Source: an uncultured Saprospiraceae bacterium
GTDB lineage: Bacteria; Bacteroidota; Bacteroidia; Chitinophagales; Saprospiraceae
Reading direction: 5' to 3'
Length of the DNA: 64,000 nucleotides
NCBI GenBank assembly: GCA_937997635.1
Contig: CALLFA010000053.1
Location: 25,181 to 89,180 of the forward strand
This document shows positions 45,369 to 54,221 of this stretch, piece after piece. The notes beneath the pieces are model-generated. The model searched no databases. It saw only the letters and a list, made by a program, of their open reading frames with translations, and was not told where the DNA came from. A program made the translations under genes and the position numbers. Positions within the stretch are counted from its first letter, which is position 1. Every line of letters begins with the position of its first letter.

Positions 45369-48300
45369 ATATTTATTTGGTACACCTGCATAGGTCCATC
45401 ATTATTTACGACAAGCAAATATTCTTGATCACCTTGTTTCATCACTTTCAGATGCCTCACTTGCTTGTCTAATGTTAATCCAAATTTTCCATTATGCCAA
45501 AATTTATATTCCAGATCCTCTTCTTGCGACAGTACAATGCCATACCCAGCATCATATCTCCCTACTTCTGGTTTGGCGTAATAAAAATTTCCACCCAAGA
45601 TTAGGCTGTTTTTCCCATCATTCGTCAAGTTTGTTGAGGCCATCGCATATACAGGTGTTAGCTGTGCTTGATTAGGCAACGCTTTCAATTCAAATGAAGT
45701 GCCATTATTGATTAAGATACTAGAAGACATCACAGTTGCTTTTTTAGTAATTGCATTTTGCATGGCTTCTGGAGGAAAAATATCATCAATAGATTCATTT
45801 TGGAATTCTTCGTATTTAAGATATTTCTTTCTTAAGGCTGGAATTTGCATGGCCAAGTCATGTTTTAAAACCAACGGATACGATTCTTCTCCAAAATACC
45901 GACTGATGATTGGTTCTGCAGAACCATTGCGATCAAAGTCATTGACCACCATAGTAACAGGTTTTTCATCTGATGCCTTAAATCGGGAATTATGACCATG
46001 GTTGCCAAGAATAAAATCTTGGTCTCCATCACCATCAATATCCAAGGGTTTTATCATATTCCACCAACCTTCGGTTCCTGACAAGCCCATTTCTACAGAT
46101 TGGTTAACGAGTTTGCCATTTCGATTTTCAAAATAGCTAATGCCCATCCATTCACCGACTATCAGTAAATCTTGGTCACCATCTTCGTCTGCATCTGTCC
46201 AAGTGGCATCTGTGATCATTCCCAATTGTTTCAATTCAGGTGCTAGCTGTTTTGCTTGGTCTGTAAATTTTCCCTTTCCATCATTCATCAATAAAAAACC
46301 ATCTGCTGGAACACCCACTAACTTGGGAACAGCACGAGAACCAACAAACAAATCCTGATCTCCATCATTATCCACATCAGCAGCAGTGACGACAGATGAG
46401 TTCTGAAATTTGAAGCTCGGTAAAATCTGACTGGATTTAGTGAATGTGCCATTGCCATTATTCAAATATAGACGGTCAATTAAAGGAGCTGCATTTGCTG
46501 CAAATTCGTTGCTGCCACTAGCCACATATAAATCTATATCGCCATCATTGTCAGCATCAAAACACGTACAGTCAACATCTTCAGTGTCCTTATCTTTTGT
46601 GAAAATAGCTTGTGTAGACTTTCGAAATCTTGCGCCGGTTCGGCCGAAGTAAAGTTCGCCTGCTTGGCCATGTGCTCCACCAACATAAAAATCATCCTTG
46701 CCATCGCCATTAAAATCAGCAGTACAAAAGGCAGGACCTTCCGCTGATAACATATGGTACAAAAGTCTGTCGCGATCAAAGTCTACGTACGCATTTTCTT
46801 TATGGATAAAATTGATTCCGCTCTTACTAGTAATGTCCTCAAATTGTTGTTTTGCTTGAGGCTTGTTTTGTATTTCTGAAGGAATTGATTCAAACTGTTG
46901 ACTGTTGTGGTTGATGGTAATGGTCTGATTTGGCAATACCTTCAGTGGTGGTTGTTTTTTACCATTTAGCCAAGTAACAAAAACCTCTACACTATCTGCT
47001 GTAGCAAGACCAAAGTGCGCCCGAGGATCTACTGATGATTGAAACCCTCTGACAGGCACTTGTTCGTGATAGACGTAATTACCATTTTGTATAACCTCGA
47101 CTTTTGCACCAATGCCTTGTGTATTACCACCAGGTCCTTCTAATATTACTTTTAAATAATGGTGATTTTTATGGGTATCATTGGTGTTGATATAGACAGA
47201 AGCAACATCATTGACATTATTGATCACCAAATCCATATCGCCATCATTATCCAGATCAGCATAGGCAGAACCATTGCTGTGACTTGGTTCGTCTAAACCC
47301 CAATTGGTAGTCTCATTATTGAATGTAAGATTCCCATCATTCCGATACATATAATTGGAAATCTTATTTGACGGGATTACTTCTGTCAATGTTTGAAAGT
47401 CCACTCCGTCTTTTGAAATAACTTTTCTAGCCATTTCTTCTGTTGAAATGTAGTTGATGTAGTCTTGATCAGTGAGGTCTTTATGGATTCCATTGGCAAT
47501 AAACAAATCGCGAAAACCATCATTATCAAAATCGCATATTAACGCACCCCAGCTCCAATCGGTAGCTTCGACACCAGCCAAACGGCCAATCTCACTAAAG
47601 CTTTTATTTTGATTGTTGAGTTGCAGCATGTTTCTTGTAAATTGGTGATAGTATCCGTTCTCTAAATTGTATTGGTACTTGTCCCAATTTTCAAATGTTG
47701 TTTTCGTTTTTAAGCGATCGTGTGGCTCTGGCAACATTTCGGTGACAAATATATCTGGGTAGCCGTCATTATTAATGTCTGCCATATCTGCTCCCATCGA
47801 TGCACCGCTGATGGACTTCATTTGTTGTTCTAGATCTTCTGAGAAGGTGCCATCTCCGTTATTCATATAAATGTAATCGCGTTCGAAAAAGTCATTGGAG
47901 ATATATAAGTCTTGCCAGCCATCCAAATCAATGTCTCCTACAGTTACACCCAGACCAAAGCCGATGATGCTACCATAAATTCCGGCTTCTTCACTGACAT
48001 CGGTAAATACACCTCCATCATTACGAAACAATTTATCCCCGCCTTCTTCACTACGTATTGGCCGTTGGTTCTTCCTTAGGTTAAAACTTCCAATTGCTTG
48101 GAATGAATTATTGAGTAAATAGACATCGAGATCATTGTCATTATCAAAATCAAAAAATGCTGCGTGCGTTGAGAATCCATTATCAGCTAAACCATAAGCC
48201 TTTGCTTCTTCTTTAAACGTGCCATCACCTTGATTTATAAATAATTCATTTTGCTTATTGTCACCTTCTATATCGCCTGAGTTGCAGACATAAATATCGA

Positions 48301-48685
48301 TGAGTCTGTCTCCATTGATATCCACCATACTGACGCCTGTTGACCAACTTTTCTCACCGCCGACTCCTGCTTTATCAGTCACATCTGTAAATGTGAGATC
48401 ACCGTTATTTATATAGAGTTTATTTTTTTCCATGTTGGCCGTCAGGTAAATATCTACGAAGCCATCATTGTTGACATCAGCAATGCCGACACCACCTCCG
48501 TTATAAAAGTTACGGTAAGTATAGATATTGAAGTCCTGTCTAAATTCGAGTTTGTTTTCAAAGTCAATGCCACTTTTATTAGAAGTTAATGCATAGAATT
48601 GCTTGTCAGTGATGGCTTCAGTATTTTCTTCACACGCCATACAACACAGCATCAGTACAAAAACAAAAGCAACAGTACTCTTCAT
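45365..48685 (-). CDS. FG-GAP/VCBS repeat plus ASPIC-UnbV (CRTAC1-like) lipoprotein, paralog 2
   Basis: 1106 aa with a lipobox (LCCMAC). It has the same motif set (VNNDGFVDIY, DLDGWQDLY, HHYLKVILEGPGGNTQGIGAKVEV). Confidence 0.8.
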   Translation of the reverse strand: MKSTVAFVFVLMLCCMACEENTEAITDKQFYALTSNKSGIDFENKLEFRQDFNIYTYRNFYNGGGVGIADVNNDGFVDIYLTANMEKNKLYINNGDLTFTDVTDKAGVGGEKSWSTGVSMVDINGDRLIDIYVCNSGDIEGDNKQNELFINQGDGTFKEEAKAYGLADNGFSTHAAFFDFDNDNDLDVYLLNNSFQAIGSFNLRKNQRPIRSEEGGDKLFRNDGGVFTDVSEEAGIYGSIIGFGLGVTVGDIDLDGWQDLYISNDFFERDYIYMNNGDGTFSEDLEQQMKSISGASMGADMADINNDGYPDIFVTEMLPEPHDRLKTKTTFENWDKYQYNLENGYYHQFTRNMLQLNNQNKSFSEIGRLAGVEATDWSWGALICDFDNDGFRDLFIANGIHKDLTDQDYINYISTEEMARKVISKDGVDFQTLTEVIPSNKISNYMYRNDGNLTFNNETTNWGLDEPSHSNGSAYADLDNDGDMDLVINNVNDVASVYINTNDTHKNHHYLKVILEGPGGNTQGIGAKVEVIQNGNYVYHEQVPVRGFQSSVDPRAHFGLATADSVEVFVTWLNGKKQPPLKVLPNQTITINHNSQQFESIPSEIQNKPQAKQQFEDITSKSGINFIHKENAYVDFDRDRLLYHMLSAEGPAFCTADFNGDGKDDFYVGGAHGQAGELYFGRTGARFRKSTQAIFTKDKDTEDVDCTCFDADNDGDIDLYVASGSNEFAANAAPLIDRLYLNNGNGTFTKSSQILPSFKFQNSSVVTAADVDNDGDQDLFVGSRAVPKLVGVPADGFLLMNDGKGKFTDQAKQLAPELKQLGMITDATWTDADEDGDQDLLIVGEWMGISYFENRNGKLVNQSVEMGLSGTEGWWNMIKPLDIDGDGDQDFILGNHGHNSRFKASDEKPVTMVVNDFDRNGSAEPIISRYFGEESYPLVLKHDLAMQIPALRKKYLKYEEFQNESIDDIFPPEAMQNAITKKATVMSSSILINNGTSFELKALPNQAQLTPVYAMASTNLTNDGKNSLILGGNFYYAKPEVGRYDAGYGIVLSQEEDLEYKFWHNGKFGLTLDKQVRHLKVMKQGDQEYLLVVNNDGPMQVYQINI

Positions 48686-48690
48686 ATGGT

Positions 48691-49257
48691 TTATTTGCCA
48701 GTAGTTAAAATGTCATCAAGATTCGTTAAATCAGAGAAAAGGAATTCTATTCGTTGTTCCTTGGTATAATAGATTACCAACCGACGGTTGCCATCAATTT
48801 TAGCATATGCTTTACCAGTTCCTGGCGATTTAATGGGAAAAAATCCTGGTCCATACCAACGTTCGAACATCCCTTTGACATCTTCAATTAATACATCTGA
48901 CCAAAGTTCTTTATTCCATGGCGACCAACCAATGTATTGGATAAATCCGATCATGGATTGAATTTTGTCGTTTTTAAATTTCGGGTAAAACTCAAACCCT
49001 GCTTCATACTTTAAGTCTGTGATTTTTTGATACACTGTGGTATTCTGAGAACCTTCTCTTGCCAGCCCTTGCTTATTCAATTCCCAACACTTGTCATAAA
49101 ATACTTTTGACTCCATGCCAAAATGAAACCCATGAAACAAGGTATCATTTTTAATTCCAGAAGCTAATCCTCGCTTAACAGCTTTATGGTATTCTGACTT
49201 TGGCTTGCAAGCGATCACAATACTCAACAGTAAAATCCCTACAAGTATCTTATTCAT
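48691..49257 (-). CDS. Small lipoprotein of unknown function
   Basis: I chose the start MNKILVGILLLSIVIAC, which contains a lipobox. The gene is embedded between two CRTAC1-like genes. Confidence 0.5.
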   Translation of the reverse strand: MNKILVGILLLSIVIACKPKSEYHKAVKRGLASGIKNDTLFHGFHFGMESKVFYDKCWELNKQGLAREGSQNTTVYQKITDLKYEAGFEFYPKFKNDKIQSMIGFIQYIGWSPWNKELWSDVLIEDVKGMFERWYGPGFFPIKSPGTGKAYAKIDGNRRLVIYYTKEQRIEFLFSDLTNLDDILTTGK

Positions 49258-52200
49258 GTCTGTTAAATATTTTGGGTGAATCATTATTCAAAAAAAATAT
49301 GAGTTGTTCTTTTGTTTTAGTCTGCAAATGTACAATTCCTCGAGTTTCACCAGTAACTAAAATTCCAGATTTTGATGTTTGTAGCGACTCAAACTTGCGA
49401 TCTGTTGTCTGCGTCATTGCTAGACCAACACTAGCAGCTTGAATACCAATTTCAGGCTTTTGGTTGTATTGATTTCCTCCACAAATGATATCTAATTTTC
49501 CATCTTTATTTATATCCAATGTTTCAAAAGCCATAACGACAGAATATTGTGCTTCTTTTGGTAAAGGCTCAAATTTAAATACAAGATTTCCTTCATTCCA
49601 ATACACACCAGATCTAAATTCTTGCATTTTATAAACAAGGCCTGACTTGAGTTGTTCTGGAGTAAAAATATCAGCTATCTGTTGTCCAGCATAACTTTTA
49701 AAATCAGGGTATTTCTTTGCTAGATAAGGCAGTTGTTTTAATAAATCAATTCGTTGGGCAATCGGATATTCATTGGTTTCTTTAACCACAGAAAATACTT
49801 GTTCAATTTTTCCATTCTGATCAAAATCATTAACATACAATTTGAATGTATCAGCCTCAGAAAATCGATTGTTCAGTCCATAGTTGCCAACGAGTATGTC
49901 CTGATCACCATCTTGATCAAGATCTGCCACATGAAGCGCAGACCATAAACCAACGGAACCAAAATCTTTTCTACTAAAGGAACCATCCTCATTGAGAAAT
50001 AAGATAGGTTTCATCCATTCGCCTATACAAATGATATCCTCATCACCGTCCTTATCAATATCTGTGGCTTCTACTGCGGTCAACATGCCAAGGTCTTCAA
50101 ATACCGGTTGTTCTGAACGTTTCAACTTACCAGTTCCATCATTTTTTAAGACATACAAATTTGATGGAATCCCATAAGCTGCGTGTTGCACAAAAGTACT
50201 GACAATTAAATCCTGTTCTCCAGTCTTACCATTATCAAGTGTTGCCACGGAAGAACTGTTTTCAAATCGGAAGGATGGTAAAATTTGATTGCTTACAGTC
50301 ATATTTTTACCTGCGTTGTTTATATACAAGCGATCAGCAAGCTTCGCATTGTTGGGCCCAAATTCTGTACTTCCACTAGTGACATATAGATCCAAGTAGC
50401 CGTCGCTATTCACATCAGTGCACGCACAGTCAGTATCTTCTGAGGCCTTGTGTTTTTGAAAATCTGAAGACTTAATTTCGCGAAAAGATCCATTTGATCT
50501 GCTGTAAAATAATCGGCCAGCTTGTCCTGCAGCACCACCAATAAATACATCTTTGTTGCCGTCATTGTTAAAATCTCCAGTACATACTGCCGGACCTAGA
50601 TTGTTGTGCATTTGAAACAACAGTGCCTCTTTATCAAAATCAGACGATGGCACTTCTTTATGTTTGAATGGTAAAGGCGATTGTTTATCGAGTTGATATA
50701 GTGGTTTAGGAGATGGGGATTCCACTATTGATTCTCCACGGACATATGATACTAATCTTCGAGTATTGGCGTCCACATTTGTAATAGATGTTCTTGTGTA
50801 GTCTGGCCACTGCACAATTAGTGAATCAACTGTATCCGCCGACCCTAAACCAAAATGAGCAATGGGTGGAATTGAAGACATAAAGCCTCTGGCTGTAAAT
50901 ATCTCCACAGTTTGGACTTGATCATTCTGATACAACAGCACTTTGGCACCAATACCAAAAGGGTTGGCTTCTTTATACTTCAGTTGCACGCTTAGATAAT
51001 TGCTTGATTCGATCGTGTTCTCGTAAATAAATGGTGCAGCATTGATGTTGTTAACGACCAAGTCAAGATCGCCATCATTATCAAGATCAGCGTAAGAAGC
51101 GCCATTGCTAAATCCCTTTTCATTCAATCCCCAAGCTTGAGCCACATCTTGAAACTGTAAATCACCTTCATTTTTAAATACTTGATTTGGTATTGCTTCA
51201 GATGGAATTTTGGCAATCAATGATTCAATGCCACCTTTTTCATCAAAGAGTATTTGTCGTACTTGATCTGGATTCGAATAAAAATTGATGTAGTCTTGAT
51301 CTAATAAATCTTTATAAATACCATTGGCTACAAATATGTCTTTATTGCCATCATTATCCATATCAAACAATAGAGCTCCCCAACTCCAATCTGTGGCCTC
51401 TACACCAGCAAGTCTTCCTACTTCTGCAAATTGCTTGCCTGCTAGGTTCAGTTGGAGTACATTTCGTCCAAATTGACGATGATAGCCATTGTCAATTGTT
51501 GCGGCATACTTATTCCAGTTTTCAAATTGTGCTTTTGATTTTAATCGTTGTTCTGTTGCTGGTAACATTTCTGTTACGAAGATTTCAGGAAAACCATCGT
51601 TATTCAGGTCCGCAATATCAGCGCCCATAGACCCCATACTCAGCTCGGATATGTAAGATTCCACAGATTCAGTAAATGAACCGTTCTTATTGTTGATGTA
51701 CAAATAGTCCTTTTCAAAAAAATCATTGCTGACGAAAATGTCAGGCCATCCATCATTGTTGACATCACCTATAGTCACACCTAGTCCAAAACCTATGGCA
51801 CTTCCATATATGCCAGCTTTTTCACTAACATCTTCAAATAATAAGTTGCCAGTTTCAATTAGTTGGTTTTTAAATAATTTATTTCCGCCTTCAGGATCTC
51901 TTTTTTCTCGTTGATTTGGCCTAAGGTCATAATTGCCAACACTACGGAATGAATTGTTTAATAAATAACAATCAAGATCACCATCTAGGTCGTAATCAAA
52001 AAAGGCTGCATGCGTAGACAATCCCAAATCATCGAGACCTGCTTCTTTCGATTGTTCTTTAAATGTCAATGGACCTTCCTCAGAATTACCTTGATTAATA
52101 AACAATTCATTATGTCGGTTATCTCCTTCAATATCGCCGCTTTTACACACATAGATGTCAGTGAGACCGTCTCCATTGACATCGGCCAGACTGACACCAG

Positions 52201-52561
52201 TGGACCATACATTTTGAGAAGTGACTCCCGCACTAGACGAGACATCTTCAAATTGAAAACCTCCTTGATTGATGTATAAAGCATTGTCGACTTGGTTACC
52301 ACAAAGAAAGATATCCTGTAAGCCGTCATTATTAAAATCGCTAATGCCGACTCCCGCACCATTGTAAAAATTTCGAAAGGTGTATACATTGACATCTTTT
52401 GAATCTTGTAAGTTATTCTGAAATGTTATGCCTATATCGGAAGGATTATGTTTGAAAAATAAAGTAGCCCCTTTGTTAATTTCTACTGCCGATTCCTGGC
52501 AAGAAGCTAAGAACAGAAAGCTCGATAAGCAGTAAAAAATATTTTTTGAGACTGAGACCAT
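49250..52561 (-). CDS. FG-GAP/VCBS repeat plus ASPIC-UnbV (CRTAC1-like) lipoprotein, paralog 1
   Basis: I chose the internal ATG at 52561 (MVSVSKNIFYCLSSFLFLASC, lipobox). The longer ORF would run through a terminator and into susD. The motif set matches the two paralogs. Confidence 0.8.
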   Translation of the reverse strand: MVSVSKNIFYCLSSFLFLASCQESAVEINKGATLFFKHNPSDIGITFQNNLQDSKDVNVYTFRNFYNGAGVGISDFNNDGLQDIFLCGNQVDNALYINQGGFQFEDVSSSAGVTSQNVWSTGVSLADVNGDGLTDIYVCKSGDIEGDNRHNELFINQGNSEEGPLTFKEQSKEAGLDDLGLSTHAAFFDYDLDGDLDCYLLNNSFRSVGNYDLRPNQREKRDPEGGNKLFKNQLIETGNLLFEDVSEKAGIYGSAIGFGLGVTIGDVNNDGWPDIFVSNDFFEKDYLYINNKNGSFTESVESYISELSMGSMGADIADLNNDGFPEIFVTEMLPATEQRLKSKAQFENWNKYAATIDNGYHRQFGRNVLQLNLAGKQFAEVGRLAGVEATDWSWGALLFDMDNDGNKDIFVANGIYKDLLDQDYINFYSNPDQVRQILFDEKGGIESLIAKIPSEAIPNQVFKNEGDLQFQDVAQAWGLNEKGFSNGASYADLDNDGDLDLVVNNINAAPFIYENTIESSNYLSVQLKYKEANPFGIGAKVLLYQNDQVQTVEIFTARGFMSSIPPIAHFGLGSADTVDSLIVQWPDYTRTSITNVDANTRRLVSYVRGESIVESPSPKPLYQLDKQSPLPFKHKEVPSSDFDKEALLFQMHNNLGPAVCTGDFNNDGNKDVFIGGAAGQAGRLFYSRSNGSFREIKSSDFQKHKASEDTDCACTDVNSDGYLDLYVTSGSTEFGPNNAKLADRLYINNAGKNMTVSNQILPSFRFENSSSVATLDNGKTGEQDLIVSTFVQHAAYGIPSNLYVLKNDGTGKLKRSEQPVFEDLGMLTAVEATDIDKDGDEDIICIGEWMKPILFLNEDGSFSRKDFGSVGLWSALHVADLDQDGDQDILVGNYGLNNRFSEADTFKLYVNDFDQNGKIEQVFSVVKETNEYPIAQRIDLLKQLPYLAKKYPDFKSYAGQQIADIFTPEQLKSGLVYKMQEFRSGVYWNEGNLVFKFEPLPKEAQYSVVMAFETLDINKDGKLDIICGGNQYNQKPEIGIQAASVGLAMTQTTDRKFESLQTSKSGILVTGETRGIVHLQTKTKEQLIFFLNNDSPKIFNRHE

Positions 52562-52565
52562 TGGT

Positions 52566-52605
52566 GAAATAAAAAGACCCGCAATACTATAAGCATTGCG
52601 GGTCT
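52566..52605 (-). terminator. Intrinsic terminator after susD
   Basis: There is a perfect 11-bp stem, agacccgcaat (52575-52585) and attgcgggtct (52595-52605), with a 9-nt loop. On the minus strand it is followed by TTTTTATTT. Confidence 0.75.
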
Positions 52606-52625
52606 GTAATATTTGAACTAGTTTA

Positions 52626-54194
52626 TTAGTAACATGGATTTTGTACCAAGTTAGGATTCGCATCAGTTTGTGATCTAGGAATTGGGAATATTTCCTTACA
52701 TTCATCTTGTGCAGCTTTAGCCCACCATTCGTCTGTAAACTTTCCAAATCTGATTAGGTCAGTTCTTCTCACTGTTTCTGAGAAAAGTTCTCTACCTCTT
52801 TCAGCTAAGATATTTTCTTCTGTTAAAGCGTCAAAAGGAGCAACATCAGCTCTGTCTCTGATTTGATTGACAAGAGCCAATGCCTCAGAATCGCCAGCAT
52901 TCATTCTAAATAATGCTTCAGCTCTCATAAGAAGCACATCAGCATATCTCATTAATGGGAAATCATTATTCATGTTTGGCTGTCCACCAATTTCGAACTC
53001 GAATTTACTGTTTCTTGCACCTGCTTCTCTCCAAGCTTCTGGGAATAACTCATTTATTTCTGGTCTAATGGTAAATAGCAACCCATCAGGATCGACACCT
53101 GAAGCAGCAGTCCCATCATCCTCTAATCGTTTATTACCTGATACATCAAACTGAGGACCCCAAAGGAAATTACCTCTAACGTTTGAAGGACCAGCTTCCG
53201 TATTAGACTGACCTTTACGTAGATCAGTATCTTCATAAGAATTGAAAAATTCTTCAACTGTACACCATCCATTCCAAGGTTGTGCAGCCAATGAATACGT
53301 TTCTTGATTCAAATAACTTAAGGTCTGCATAACAATATTCAAACCTCCGGCAAATACAGCATCGTAAGGAATCGCCCAGATAAACTCTGAAGAACCAGCA
53401 TTGTCAACTGAGAAATTTGCGAAATAATCTCCTTCTAATGAATAATTGCCAGAGTTGATGACTTGTGATGCCATATCTGCAGCTTTCTGCCATTCAGGAG
53501 AGCCTTTGTAGACTTCAGCATTTAGATATAATCTCGTTAATGCCGTACGAATAACATTTTGATTTACTCTACCATATGTAGACTGATCTACATTAGGGGA
53601 TACTTGACTCAAAGCAGCTAAAAGTTCAGACTCAACGAAGGCATACACTTCTGCTCTTGAGTTGGTTGGAGGTGCAGGATCTGCATCAGCAAAACCAGTA
53701 ACAATTGGCACATTACCAAACATATCCAACAACCATAAGTAATAGATTGCACGTAGTCCTTGTAACTCACCAATGAATGGATCTGTCAGAGGGTTTTGCA
53801 ATTCTTCAAATTGAAAGATTAGTCTATTCGTTGCACTGACTCCTCCAAATAAGAAACCCCATGTCGTGTTGACTGTTGGATCTTCAGAAGTCCACTCTTG
53901 CTGATGTAATCTGACCCAGTGACCACCATCACCCCAGTCTGGTCCTCTTGTCGGAACGACCATTTCATCAGATGAAACTTCTTGTGCAGCCCATGGCCCA
54001 GTAGTGCCCATGTAACCATATAAAGAAGTGTAAGCGCCTCCAAGGGCTGAAATTAGTTCTTCTTCTGTTTGGAAGAAGTTATCCGCTGTCACTGCACTAA
54101 ACAACTCTTCTTCGAGGTCTGTGCAGGCAGGCAGGAAAGTGACCACAAACAGTGCCACCATCATAATTTTAAATGAAAATTTGTAGAAATTCAT
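52626..54194 (-). CDS. susD: SusD/RagB family nutrient-binding outer-membrane lipoprotein
   Basis: 522 aa with a lipobox (FLPAC). It has a TPR-like SusD fold pattern (LRAIYYLWLLDMFGNVPI, MRYADVLLMRAEA). It lies immediately downstream of susC. Confidence 0.9.
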   Translation of the reverse strand: MNFYKFSFKIMMVALFVVTFLPACTDLEEELFSAVTADNFFQTEEELISALGGAYTSLYGYMGTTGPWAAQEVSSDEMVVPTRGPDWGDGGHWVRLHQQEWTSEDPTVNTTWGFLFGGVSATNRLIFQFEELQNPLTDPFIGELQGLRAIYYLWLLDMFGNVPIVTGFADADPAPPTNSRAEVYAFVESELLAALSQVSPNVDQSTYGRVNQNVIRTALTRLYLNAEVYKGSPEWQKAADMASQVINSGNYSLEGDYFANFSVDNAGSSEFIWAIPYDAVFAGGLNIVMQTLSYLNQETYSLAAQPWNGWCTVEEFFNSYEDTDLRKGQSNTEAGPSNVRGNFLWGPQFDVSGNKRLEDDGTAASGVDPDGLLFTIRPEINELFPEAWREAGARNSKFEFEIGGQPNMNNDFPLMRYADVLLMRAEALFRMNAGDSEALALVNQIRDRADVAPFDALTEENILAERGRELFSETVRRTDLIRFGKFTDEWWAKAAQDECKEIFPIPRSQTDANPNLVQNPCY

Positions 54195-54221
54195 GATTTA
54201 TTAGTTTCTCTTTATTTAATC

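Noticed and set aside
49250-52747. The full 1165-aa ORF as the first CRTAC1-like gene.
   Set aside because: The N-terminal 62 codons run through a strong intrinsic terminator and overlap susD by 122 nt. The internal ATG at 52561 gives a clean lipoprotein signal peptide.
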